Origin: Dehalococcoidia bacterium
GTDB taxonomy: Bacteria > Chloroflexota > Dehalococcoidia > UBA2979
Direction: 5' to 3'
Length of the DNA: 64,000 bases
Assembly: GCA_965200555.1 (NCBI GenBank)
Contig: OZ241365.1
Span: 2,085,458-2,149,457, forward strand
In this document: positions 50,972 through 60,104 of the stretch, piece after piece
Position numbering within the stretch: the first letter of the stretch is position 1
Layout of the letters: every line of letters begins with the position of its first letter
Made by a program: the position numbers and the translations under genes
Notes under the pieces: model-generated
What the model was told of the DNA's origin: nothing
What the model saw: only the letters and a program-made list of their open reading frames with translations
Databases searched by the model: none

Positions 50972-51763
50972 CTACCCGCCGCCGGCGTGCTCCGCGACGA
51001 GGCGCGCGAGTTCCCCGGGCCGCTCGAACGCGGCGAAGTGGCCGCACGCCGCGATCGTCGCGAGGCGGGCGTTGGGCAGGGCCTCCGCGTAGAGGCGGGC
51101 GGCGTCGGGCGGCACGATGCGGTCGTCGTCGCCCCAGACCAGCAGCGCCGGCGTCCGCACCTCGCGCAGCAGGTGCGGCAGCTCGCGGCTGTGCATGTAC
51201 GGCTTCCACGACAGGCGCGCGGTCATCTCGCGGCTGAAGTCCCACAGCTCCTTCAGCTCGGGAGCGGGCTCCGCGCCGAACTCCTCCTCGTAGCGCGCCT
51301 CGTCGTGGAAGCCGGCGCGCACGTACTCGTGGTAGTCGACGAGCATCTGGTCGAGGATTTCGCCCTCGGCGGGCTGGATGCCCGCCGCGCCGGCGAGCGT
51401 CAGCGAGGAGAACGCCGCCTGCCGCATCGTCGCCATCTCGGCGGCGATCCAGCCGCCGAAGCCGAGGCCGACGGCGGCGACCGGCCCCGCCCCGCGCCGG
51501 TCGAGCATCTGCAGCAGCAGGATCGCGAGGTCGCGGGGGCTGCGCGCCCACTCGGGGCGGTCGGACTGCCCGTAGCCGGGCAGGTCGGGCGCGGAGACCT
51601 CGAACGAGCGCGCGAGCGCCTCGTGGAACGGCGTCCAGCCGGGGTTGCCGATCGAGTGGTGGAGCAGGAGCAGCGGCGGCCCCTCGCCGCCGCGCAGCTC
51701 GTGGACGCGGCCGCCCGCGACCTCGATCGAGGCCGTGCCGTGGGCCGCGGCGCTCGTCGTCAT
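50972..51763 (-). CDS. Alpha/beta-fold hydrolase-like protein lacking the nucleophile serine
   Basis: Track ORF of 263 aa. It has the HG-type oxyanion region LLLLHHSIG. The nucleophile elbow reads VGLGFGGWIA where GxSxG is expected. The acid and His regions are retained (GDDDRIVP, ACGHFAAFE). Confidence 0.7.
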   Translation of the reverse strand: MTTSAAAHGTASIEVAGGRVHELRGGEGPPLLLLHHSIGNPGWTPFHEALARSFEVSAPDLPGYGQSDRPEWARSPRDLAILLLQMLDRRGAGPVAAVGLGFGGWIAAEMATMRQAAFSSLTLAGAAGIQPAEGEILDQMLVDYHEYVRAGFHDEARYEEEFGAEPAPELKELWDFSREMTARLSWKPYMHSRELPHLLREVRTPALLVWGDDDRIVPPDAARLYAEALPNARLATIAACGHFAAFERPGELARLVAEHAGGG

Positions 51764-51883
51764 GCTCGTCGCCCTCCGGCGCGCGGGCCAGCGCCCGCCC
51801 GCGCCGCATCATAGCAGCGCGCGCGGCCCGCCTCGCGGCGAGGCGCCGAGGGGGGTGGGCGCGCCGAGGGGGCGGGGGCGGCG

Positions 51884-52123
51884 TCAGGCGGTGCGGGCGA
51901 GGCCGGTGCGGGCGTCCTCGTAGCGGCGCTGGAGCCGCGCGGCGAGGCCGGGGCGCAGTCCGAGGCCGAGCAGCGTGTCGAGCACCTCGCCGGGGTAGGG
52001 CCGCGCCTCGGGCGGGGCGGCGCGCACCTGCCCGGTGAAGCCGTCGAAGCGCGCCAGCAGGTCGTCGAGGTCCGAGGCCTCGCGCAGCATGGCGAACAGC
52101 GCCTTGCGCCAGCCGCGGTCCAC
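51884..52123 (-). CDS. Small hypothetical protein
   Basis: Track ORF of 79 aa with non-repetitive helical sequence, on the same strand as the flanking cluster. Confidence 0.4.
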   Translation of the reverse strand: MDRGWRKALFAMLREASDLDDLLARFDGFTGQVRAAPPEARPYPGEVLDTLLGLGLRPGLAARLQRRYEDARTGLARTA

Positions 52124-52198
52124 GCGCCCTCCTCGCCGCTCCGCTGGAGCGCACCCGACGATACCACCCCGCCCCCGGCGCGGCCAAAGGCGGCGGCC

Positions 52199-52965
<767 letters not shown>

Positions 52966-52969
<4 letters not shown>

Positions 52970-54213
52970 CGGCCGTCCGGCCCGCGCCCCGCGTCCCCGC
53001 CGAGGGCGCCCTGGGTGACGAGCAGGGCGAGGAAGAAGCCGGCGAACATGAGCTGCACGCCGCAGATCAGCAGGGCGATCGAGGGGATGGCGACGCGCAT
53101 CCGCAGCTCGATGCCGTCGCCGCCGGTCTGCCCCCACACGAACAGGCTCCAGACGCTGCCCGCCGCGCCCAGCGCGGCCAGCGCGAACCCCGCGGCGAGG
53201 CCGCTCTCCAGCACGCGCCCGCCGCGCAGCAGCCACGCCCCGCGCCGGTCGGGCAGGCCGATGCGTTCGCAGAACACGCCCGCCAGCAGCGAGAACACGA
53301 CGAGCTGCACGCCGCAGACGAGGAACGCCGCGCCGAACAGCATCGTGTAGGAGCCGAGGGGCCCGCCGGCCTCGACGGGGTTGGCGATGGGGGCCAGCAG
53401 CGCCAGCGCGCCGGCCAGCAGCAGCAGGCAGCCGGGGTAGAAGTAGAGCCAGCGCGGGGACAGCATCAGCAGCAGCCGCAAGTGCCGCCAGCCGTCGCGC
53501 CAGACGCGCAGGTGCGAGGCGCGATCGGGGTCGAGCGCGGGGCGCTGGCGCGTCGGCGCCTCGGCGATGCGCGCGCCGCGGCGGGCGGCCTTGACGATCA
53601 TCTCGCTCGCCGCCTCCATGCCCGGGCAGCGCAGTTCGAGGCCGCGCGCGCTCGCCGTGCGGAACCCGCGCAGGCCGCAGTTGAAGTCGCGCACCGGCGA
53701 GCCGTAGAGCACCCGCCCCACCCGCGACAGCACCGCGTTGCCGAGGTAGCGCCAGAGGAAGCCGCCCCCGCCGTGCCGCTCGCCGCCGGCGAAGCGGTTG
53801 CCGAACACGAAGTCGCTGCCGCCGCGCAGCCGCTCCCAGTACGGCTCCAGCGCGCCGAGGTCGTGCTCGCCGTCGCCGTCGCCGAGGATCGCCCACTCGC
53901 CGCGGGCGGCGGCGACGCCCGCGGCGACGGCGTTGCCGTAGCCCGCGCGCGGCTCCGCGACGACGCGCGCTCCGGCCTCGCGCGCCCGCTCCGCCGAGCG
54001 GTCGCTGCTGCCGTTGTCGACCACCAGCACCTCGCCCGCGATCGCGTTGCGGTCGAGGAACCCCCGCGCCTCGTCCACGCAGCTCGCGATCGCCCTCTCC
54101 TCGTTGCGGCAGAGGATGACGATCGTCAGCTCGGGCGGCGGTCCGGGAGCGGGCGGCGGGGCGGCGGCGGGAGCGGTGGCGGCGGGGGCGTCCGGCTGGT
54201 CGGCGTCGCGCAC
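52966..54213 (-). CDS. GT2 glycosyltransferase fused to a C-terminal multi-TM domain
   Basis: Track ORF of 415 aa. Contains IVILCRNEERAI, VVDNGSSDRS and GDGDGEHD, followed by about 4 TM helices. Confidence 0.8.
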
Positions 54214-54349
54214 CGCGTCGTCCCGCTCCCCTGCCTCGAGGCCCCGCGCGCCCAGCGTAGGAGCGCGCGCCGCCCCGCGTCAAAGCGCCGCGCGGCGCCT
54301 CGCGCCGCCGCCCGCTGCCCCGCCGCGCGCGCCGTGCGACAATGCGGCC

Positions 54350-54802
54350 ATGACCTCGACCGGCGGCTACAGCGCCGCCCTCATCGACCACTTCGAGCGG
54401 CCCCGCAACGCGGGCGCGATGGCGGACGCCGACGCCGAGGCGTTCGTCACCAACCCGGTGTGCGGCGACTCGATGCGTATCTTCCTCCGCATCGACGGCG
54501 GACGCATCGCCGCCGCCTCGTTCCTCACCTCGGGCTGCCCGGCCTCGATCGGCACGTCCTCGGCGGCGACCGGGCTGATCGCCGGCCGCACCCTCGACGA
54601 GGCCGCCGCCCTCACGCGCGAGGACTACGCCGCCGCCGTCGGCGGCCTGCCGAAGTCCAAGCTGCACTGCTCCGTCCTCGCCGCCGCCGCCGTGCGCGAG
54701 GCGATCGGGACGTGGCGGCGCGGCGCGGGCGCCCCGGACGGCGGGGGGGCGGACGCCGAGGGGCGGGCGGACGGCGGGGACGGCGCGGGGGCCGCCTCGT
54801 GA
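54350..54802 (+). CDS. IscU/NifU-N-like iron-sulfur cluster scaffold protein
   Basis: ATG at 54350 in track ORF 54014..54802. Contains HFERPRNAG, NPVCGDSM, SGCPAS and KLHCSVLA (three Cys ligands). Confidence 0.8.
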   Translation: MTSTGGYSAALIDHFERPRNAGAMADADAEAFVTNPVCGDSMRIFLRIDGGRIAAASFLTSGCPASIGTSSAATGLIAGRTLDEAAALTREDYAAAVGGLPKSKLHCSVLAAAAVREAIGTWRRGAGAPDGGGADAEGRADGGDGAGAAS

Positions 54803-55488
54803 ACGCCGCCGCGATCGTGCTGGCGGCGGGCGCGTCGCGCCGCATGGGCTCGCCCAAGCCGCTGCTGCCTTGGGGCGACCGCACCCTCCTCGCCTGGGAG
54901 CTGGACGAGCTGCGCCGCTCCTGCGTCGGCGACGTCGTGGTCGTCACCGGCGCGCACGCCGACGCCGTGCGCCGCTCGCTCGGCGAACGGGGCGGCTGCT
55001 GCGTGTTCCACCCGCGCTGGGCGCAGGGCCGCGCCACCTCGCTCGCCGCCGGCGCGAGCGCGTTCTTGGGGATGGCCCGGCCGCGGGCGCCGGGGAGCAC
55101 CGCGGACATCGCGCCCGGCCGCCCCGACGTGATCGTCATCCTGAACGTCGACCAGCCGACGCGCGCGGACATCGTCGACCGCCTCGTCGAGGAGCTGCGC
55201 GGCTCCGGCGCGGAGGCGGCGCAGCCCTCGTTCGGCGGCGAGCGCGGCCACCCCGTCGTCCTCGACGGCGCGCTGCTGGAGGAGCTGGCCGCCGCCAGCG
55301 AGGAGGAGCTGGGGCTGCGCTCGGTGCTGCGCCGCCACCCCCCGCGCCAGCTGCCGATGGACGGCGAGCCGATCGTGCGGCTCGACCTCGACACGCCCGC
55401 CGCGCTCGCCGAGGGCCGCCGCCTCTGCGGCGTCTCCGCGCCCGCCGCCGCCGGCGGCGACGGCCTCGGCGGCGGCCCCGCCGCTTGA
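54799..55488 (+). CDS. MobA/MocA-like molybdenum-cofactor nucleotidyltransferase
   Basis: GTG at 54799 overlaps the upstream TGA (GTGA). Contains AIVLAAGASRRMGSPKPLLPWG and NVDQP. It lies inside track ORF 53482..55488. Confidence 0.75.
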   Translation: MNAAAIVLAAGASRRMGSPKPLLPWGDRTLLAWELDELRRSCVGDVVVVTGAHADAVRRSLGERGGCCVFHPRWAQGRATSLAAGASAFLGMARPRAPGSTADIAPGRPDVIVILNVDQPTRADIVDRLVEELRGSGAEAAQPSFGGERGHPVVLDGALLEELAAASEEELGLRSVLRRHPPRQLPMDGEPIVRLDLDTPAALAEGRRLCGVSAPAAAGGDGLGGGPAA

Positions 55489-56240
55489 CGGCGCGCGCGG
55501 CGCTGCGCCTCGACTGCCTCGGTTCGGGGTTCGCGTTCTCGCACGGGCGCTACTGGAGCGGGTTCCTGCTGGGCGGGCGCGTGCTGCTCGACTGCCCGCC
55601 GCAGACGCTGCCGCACCTCTTCCGCCTCGGCGCGTCCGCGCGCGCGATCGACCTCGTGCTGCTCTCGCACGCGCACTCCGACCACGTCGGCGGCATGGAC
55701 CTCTTCCTGCTCGAGGCGCTGCGCGGGCGCGAGGCGCGCGAGGGGCCGCCGCGCGAGCGCCCGCTCGCCGTCGTCGCGCCGCCCGGCGTCCGCGCGCGGC
55801 TGCGCGAGATCGCCGGCGCCTCGCGCCTGCCGGACGAGGGCGACCCCCGCCTGCGCTGGTTCGAGCAGGAGGGCGGCTCGGCGTTCGCGTGGGCCGGCCT
55901 GCGCGTCGAGTGCGAGGCGATGGAGCACGCTCCCGGCCTCCCGGCGCTCGGCTTCCGCGTGCGCGCTCCCGGCGGCCCCGTCGTCGCCTACAGCGGCGAC
56001 ACGCGCTGGTGCGAGGCGCTGCCGCGCCTCGGCGAGGGCGCGGACCTGCTGATCGCCGAGTGCGGCGGCGACCGCGCGAGCGGCCACCTCGAATGGGACG
56101 ACGTGCGCGCGCTGCGCGAGGCGCTCGATCCCGCGACGCGCCTGCTCGTCACCCACTACGACCCGCTGGCCGTCCCCGGCTGGGCGCGCGCCCTCGCCGG
56201 CGTCGAGCTGGCCGAGGACTTCGCCGCCTACGAGGTCTGA
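55485..56240 (+). CDS. MBL-fold metallo-hydrolase
   Basis: TTG at 55485 overlaps the upstream TGA (TTGA). Contains LLSHAHSDHVGG (HxHxDH). It lies inside track ORF 54870..56240. Confidence 0.8.
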   Translation: MTARAALRLDCLGSGFAFSHGRYWSGFLLGGRVLLDCPPQTLPHLFRLGASARAIDLVLLSHAHSDHVGGMDLFLLEALRGREAREGPPRERPLAVVAPPGVRARLREIAGASRLPDEGDPRLRWFEQEGGSAFAWAGLRVECEAMEHAPGLPALGFRVRAPGGPVVAYSGDTRWCEALPRLGEGADLLIAECGGDRASGHLEWDDVRALREALDPATRLLVTHYDPLAVPGWARALAGVELAEDFAAYEV

Positions 56241-56242
56241 GC

Positions 56243-56567
56243 GGCGGCGGTCCGGGCGGCGCCCGCGGGCGGCGTCGAGCAGCCGCGCGGCGATGCCGCG
56301 CCCGCGCCGGTCGCGCCGCGCGAAGAAGCAGACCACCGCCCACACCCCGGTTCCCGGCGGGTACTCGCCGCCGCCGAGCGAGCGCTCGCGGTAGCTGGCG
56401 CGCGGGGCGACCGAGCACCACGCCACGGGTTCGCCGCCGGGCCAGGGCCGCCAGACCATGCACCAGCAGTGCTTCGGCCCCCCGCGCCCCTCGAACAGCC
56501 GCGCGAGGTCGCCCCAGCGTTCGGGCGTCACCGCCGCGAACTCCAGCGCCGCCTCCGCCTCCGTCAC
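56243..56567 (-). pseudogene. GNAT-like acetyltransferase fragment (apparently 3'-truncated)
   Basis: GTG at 56567. Reads VTPERWGDLARLFEGRGGPKHCWCMVWR...EPVAWCSVAPRASY...VWAVVCFFARRDRRGRGIAARLL. After that, homology-like sequence stops at the MBL gene end, and the frame runs on antisense with no stop. Confidence 0.45.
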
Positions 56568-56661
56568 GTCGCGCCTCCTCGCGCCCCTCGTGCGGCGCGG
56601 CGCGCGCGCGGCGCCGAGGTTAGGGCGCGCGCTCCGGCGCGCCAAGCGTCCACGCGGCGCG

Positions 56662-56690
56662 TTGCCGCCTGCGGGGCGCGCCGCTATCGT
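56662..56690 (+). promoter_or_regulatory. Possible promoter of the six-gene operon
   Basis: TTGCCG-17 nt-TATCGT, about 30 nt upstream of the GGAGGAG RBS of the first gene. Confidence 0.25.
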
Positions 56691-56718
56691 TCCCTGCGGG
56701 CGGGGCCGGAGGAGCATC

Positions 56719-57960
56719 GTGACCGACGGCATCGCCTACCGTTCGCCGGAGCACGCCGATCTGCCGCACGTCGCCAGGTTCTCGGGCGGCCGATCCTCGG
56801 CGGCGCTCACCTTCCTGCTCGCCGAGGCGGGGCTGCTGCGGCCCGAACGCGGCGACGTGGTCCTGTTCGCCAACACCTCGGCCGAGCATCCCGGCACCTA
56901 CGAGTTCGCCCGCGAGTGCAAGCGCCGCCTCGAGCGCGAGCACGGCCTGCCGTTCCTCTGGTACGAGTTCTGCACGGTCGAGGACGCCGCGCGCGGCGCC
57001 TACCTGCGCCGCCCCTCCTACCGGCTGGTGCGCGGCGAACCCGTCGAGGACGACCCGGACGGCTACCGCTCGCGCGGCGAGACGTTCGAAGAGATGCTCT
57101 CCTTCCAGGGGATGCTCCCCAACCCGCACTCGCGCTCCTGCACCGCCAAGCTCAAGCTCTACCCCGCCCACGACCTGCTCGCCGAGTGGCTCGGACCCGG
57201 CGAGGGCCCGCGCCCCGCCGGCCACTACGCGCCCCGCCCCTTCGTCGGCCCCGACGAGGCGCTGACGCAGCACCGCCGCTACGGCGGCGCGCAGGACGGC
57301 GAGGGCTACCGGCTGCGCGTGCGGCGCATGACCGGGGCCCCGCACGCGCGCCCGGCGCAGCGCTGGACCGACTACACCTCCGCCCCCGACGCCCGCCCGT
57401 GGCGCGGCGGACGCCCGCGGGCGGCGGAGATCTGGGGACCGGACGCCGCGGCCTTCGTGACCCTGCTGGGGCTGCGCGCCGACGAGGGCAAGCGCATCGG
57501 GCGCATCGAGTCGCGCTCGCTGCTGGCCGAGGGCAGCGGCGGGCGCGACTGCTCGATCCGCACCCAGCCGCCGGGCGAGCGCCCCTACTTCCCGCTCGCC
57601 CAGTGGGGCTTCGGCGCGGACGAGGTCGGGGCGTTCTGGGATGGCCGCGATTTCGGCCTCGACATGCCCGAGGGCGCGGGCAACTGCGTGTTCTGCTTCA
57701 TGAAGGGCACGGGCGACCTCGCGCGCATGGCGTCGAGGCCCGATCCGGCGCGCGTCGCCGGGGCGCCCTCGGACGTCGCGTGGTGGGCGGACGTCGAGGC
57801 CCGCTACCGCCGCGAGGCGCCCTCGCGCGGGGGCTGCGGCGTCTCCCGCTTCGGCTTCTTCGGCCTGTCCGGCCCCACCTTCGAGCAGGTCGCCGCCGGC
57901 GACGTCCCGCGCCGCGGCCGCTATGCTCACGGCGAGCCCTCCTGCGACTGCACGGACTGA
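56719..57960 (+). CDS. PAPS-reductase/DndC-like PP-loop (adenine nucleotide alpha-hydrolase) protein
   Basis: GTG at 56719 lies 4 nt after a perfect GGAGGAG RBS, giving 413 aa. It has the PP-loop ARFSGGRSSAAL, then VVLFANTSAEHPGTYEF. C-terminal cysteines are GNCVFCFMKG and SCDC. It lies inside track ORF 56458..57960. Confidence 0.7.
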   Translation: MTDGIAYRSPEHADLPHVARFSGGRSSAALTFLLAEAGLLRPERGDVVLFANTSAEHPGTYEFARECKRRLEREHGLPFLWYEFCTVEDAARGAYLRRPSYRLVRGEPVEDDPDGYRSRGETFEEMLSFQGMLPNPHSRSCTAKLKLYPAHDLLAEWLGPGEGPRPAGHYAPRPFVGPDEALTQHRRYGGAQDGEGYRLRVRRMTGAPHARPAQRWTDYTSAPDARPWRGGRPRAAEIWGPDAAAFVTLLGLRADEGKRIGRIESRSLLAEGSGGRDCSIRTQPPGERPYFPLAQWGFGADEVGAFWDGRDFGLDMPEGAGNCVFCFMKGTGDLARMASRPDPARVAGAPSDVAWWADVEARYRREAPSRGGCGVSRFGFFGLSGPTFEQVAAGDVPRRGRYAHGEPSCDCTD

Positions 57961-57966
57961 GGGAGC

Positions 57967-58497
57967 GTGGACGCACGGACATCGGCGTTTCTGGAGGGAA
58001 CGCGCCTGCTGGGCAGCGAGGAGCATTGCCGCCGCGCCGAGATCGCGCTCGACGGGATCGGCGCGGAGTGGGACGCGCACATGGCGACGCCGGAGCTGGG
58101 GCGCCACCTGCCCCACGCCCCGGGCCTCTACATGTTCGTGTGGCGGCCGCCGTTCCGGGCGCGCCTCGGCTCCGGCGGGACGGCGTCGTTCCGGCGCGTG
58201 CTCTACGTCGGGCGGGCGGGAGGGCCGGGCAGCGGCAACACGCTGCGGGGGCGCTACAGGGGGTACACCGCGTTGCTGGCGGACGGAGCGGCGGAGACGG
58301 ACTGGCCGAAGGCGCGCGATCGCAGGCTGGCCGCGCTCTTCCGGCTGCGCCACCTCCGGTACTGGTGCGCGCCCGTGAGCGACGAAACGGCCCTGCCGGA
58401 CATGGAGAAGCGGCTGATCGAACTGTTCGACCCGCCGGGGAACCACGAACGCCCGAAGCCGCAGCTGCAGGTGCTCCGGACCAGGCCGGCGTTCTAG
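57967..58497 (+). CDS. GIY-YIG-like nuclease domain protein
   Basis: Track ORF of 176 aa with the RBS GAGGGAG. Contains PGLYMF (GIY), a long spacer, VLYVGRA (YIG), LRGRYRGY (Arg) and MEKRLIELFDPPGN (Glu...Asn). Confidence 0.6.
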   Translation: MDARTSAFLEGTRLLGSEEHCRRAEIALDGIGAEWDAHMATPELGRHLPHAPGLYMFVWRPPFRARLGSGGTASFRRVLYVGRAGGPGSGNTLRGRYRGYTALLADGAAETDWPKARDRRLAALFRLRHLRYWCAPVSDETALPDMEKRLIELFDPPGNHERPKPQLQVLRTRPAF

Positions 58498-58511
58498 CGC
58501 AAAGGGGACCG

Positions 58512-60104
58512 ATGGCCAACGTCACCCACATTCCGGCGTTCCGCGCGCAGGTCGGCGACTGGACCTACTACATCGGCACGATGACGTACGCGGCGGTGAA
58601 GAACCAGATCAACTTCGCCTACGAGAAGCTGGGGAAGAACCGCGAGCTGGAGATGCTCCTGCAGCGCGGCATCACCAGCCGCACCGAGGTCATCTCCGAG
58701 TACCTGCAGACGAACGGCCAGCGCTTCCTCGGCGCGCTGACCGTGGGCGTCTGGGGCGGCAACCCGGACTTCCAGGAAGTGGGGATGGCCGACCGGAGCG
58801 GGCTGATGGCGGGCATCGACGACGACTGGGGGCTGCTCGTCCTCAACGGCGACGAGACCTACTTCGCCATCGACGGCCAGCACCGGCTCCAGGCCATCAA
58901 GGACGCGGTGGCGCGGAAACCCGAGCTGGGTTCGGAGAAGATCGCCGTGCTGTTCGTGCCGCACTACGACACCGCCGAGGGGCGCGAGCGCACGCGGCGT
59001 CTCTTCACGAGCATCAACCGCAAGGCGCAGCGCACCACCAAAGCCGAGAACATCGCGCTGGACGAGGACGACGGCATCGCCATCGTCACGCGCCGCCTGC
59101 TCGACGAGCACGACCTGCTGGGCCGCGACGGCGTCGTACGCATCTTCTCGCGCCCGCCCGCGGCCGACGGCCGCTTCACCCTCGCCGGCGCGGCCATCCC
59201 GAGGACCGACCCGCGCGCGTGGACGAACATGGGCACGCTCTACGAGATGTTGCGGCCCCGCGACCCCAGCACCGGCCCCGGACGGCGGCGGCCGACCGCG
59301 CTCGGCTTCGGCCTCCACCCCTCGATGTGCGCCCGCCCCGAGGACGCCCTGCGGCCGAGCGGCCCGGTGCTGGACGAGTCGTACGCCACCCTCGCGCGCC
59401 GCCTCGACGATCTGCTGGACGCCTGCGGCGGGCTGCGCGGCGCGCTCGCCGACGCCGCCGCCCACGGCACGGCCCGCGAGCTGCGCGCTCCCGAGGACGG
59501 CGAGGAGCGCGGCCACGCGCTCATGCGCCCGATCGTCCAGCGCCACCTCGCCCAGACGCTCGGCTTCCTCGTCGGCGACCAGCAGCGGCTGACCTGGGAC
59601 GAGGCGCTGGCGCGCCTGCGCGGGCTGGATTGGGAACTCGGCCAGCCGCCGTGGACAGCGGTGTTCAACGAAGGCACGAGGCGCATGATCACGGGGCGCG
59701 ACAACACCACCCTCCTGCGCCTGATGCTCGAGGCGCACCTCGCGCCCGCGAGCAAGCGCCAGATCGCCGACGCCCGCCGCGAGTACAAGGACCTGATCGG
59801 CGCGGACTACCCCGTGTCCGCCGACGCGCTCGCGGCGAGGCTGACGGAGCGGGCAATGACTGAACATAACGGGGGGGGGGGGATAGCGCCGCATGAGGGG
59901 CGGCGGCCTCCAGTTCCTCGAGACGGGACAGCCGCGAGGGTTCACCACGCTCGCGACCTCGGCGTGGGACGGCAAGCCCGAGCCGATCGTGCGCGAGCTG
60001 CTGCAGAACGCCCTCGACGCCGCTCGCGCCTCGGAACGCGGGCGCGCCGAGGTCGTGTTCACCGTCGCCTCCGCGCCGATCGCCGGCCTGCCGGGCATCG
60101 GTGA
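58512..60104 (+). CDS. DGQHR-domain (DndB-like, ParB/Srx fold) protein; 3' end ambiguous because of a G12 tract
   Basis: ATG at 58512 in track ORF 56469..60104. Contains YYIGTMTY, FAIDGQHRLQAI and LFTSINRKAQ. After the G12 tract (59871-59882) the frame becomes an Arg-rich tail overlapping the next gene. One G more or fewer would give a stop at 59883-59895. Confidence 0.7.
   Translation: MANVTHIPAFRAQVGDWTYYIGTMTYAAVKNQINFAYEKLGKNRELEMLLQRGITSRTEVISEYLQTNGQRFLGALTVGVWGGNPDFQEVGMADRSGLMAGIDDDWGLLVLNGDETYFAIDGQHRLQAIKDAVARKPELGSEKIAVLFVPHYDTAEGRERTRRLFTSINRKAQRTTKAENIALDEDDGIAIVTRRLLDEHDLLGRDGVVRIFSRPPAADGRFTLAGAAIPRTDPRAWTNMGTLYEMLRPRDPSTGPGRRRPTALGFGLHPSMCARPEDALRPSGPVLDESYATLARRLDDLLDACGGLRGALADAAAHGTARELRAPEDGEERGHALMRPIVQRHLAQTLGFLVGDQQRLTWDEALARLRGLDWELGQPPWTAVFNEGTRRMITGRDNTTLLRLMLEAHLAPASKRQIADARREYKDLIGADYPVSADALAARLTERAMTEHNGGGGIAPHEGRRPPVPRDGTAARVHHARDLGVGRQARADRARAAAERPRRRSRLGTRARRGRVHRRLRADRRPAGHR
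59871..59882 (+). repeat. G12 homopolymer at the DGQHR/GHKL gene junction
   Basis: Counted directly: aac-gggggggggggg-atagcgccgcATG. Confidence 0.95.

Noticed and set aside
56458-56718. The N-terminal 87 codons of track ORF 56458..57960 as part of the PAPS-reductase-like protein.
   Set aside because: They overlap the divergent GNAT-like fragment and are Arg/Ala-rich. A perfect GGAGGAG RBS precedes GTG 56719, and the PP-loop follows about 20 residues later, as is usual.
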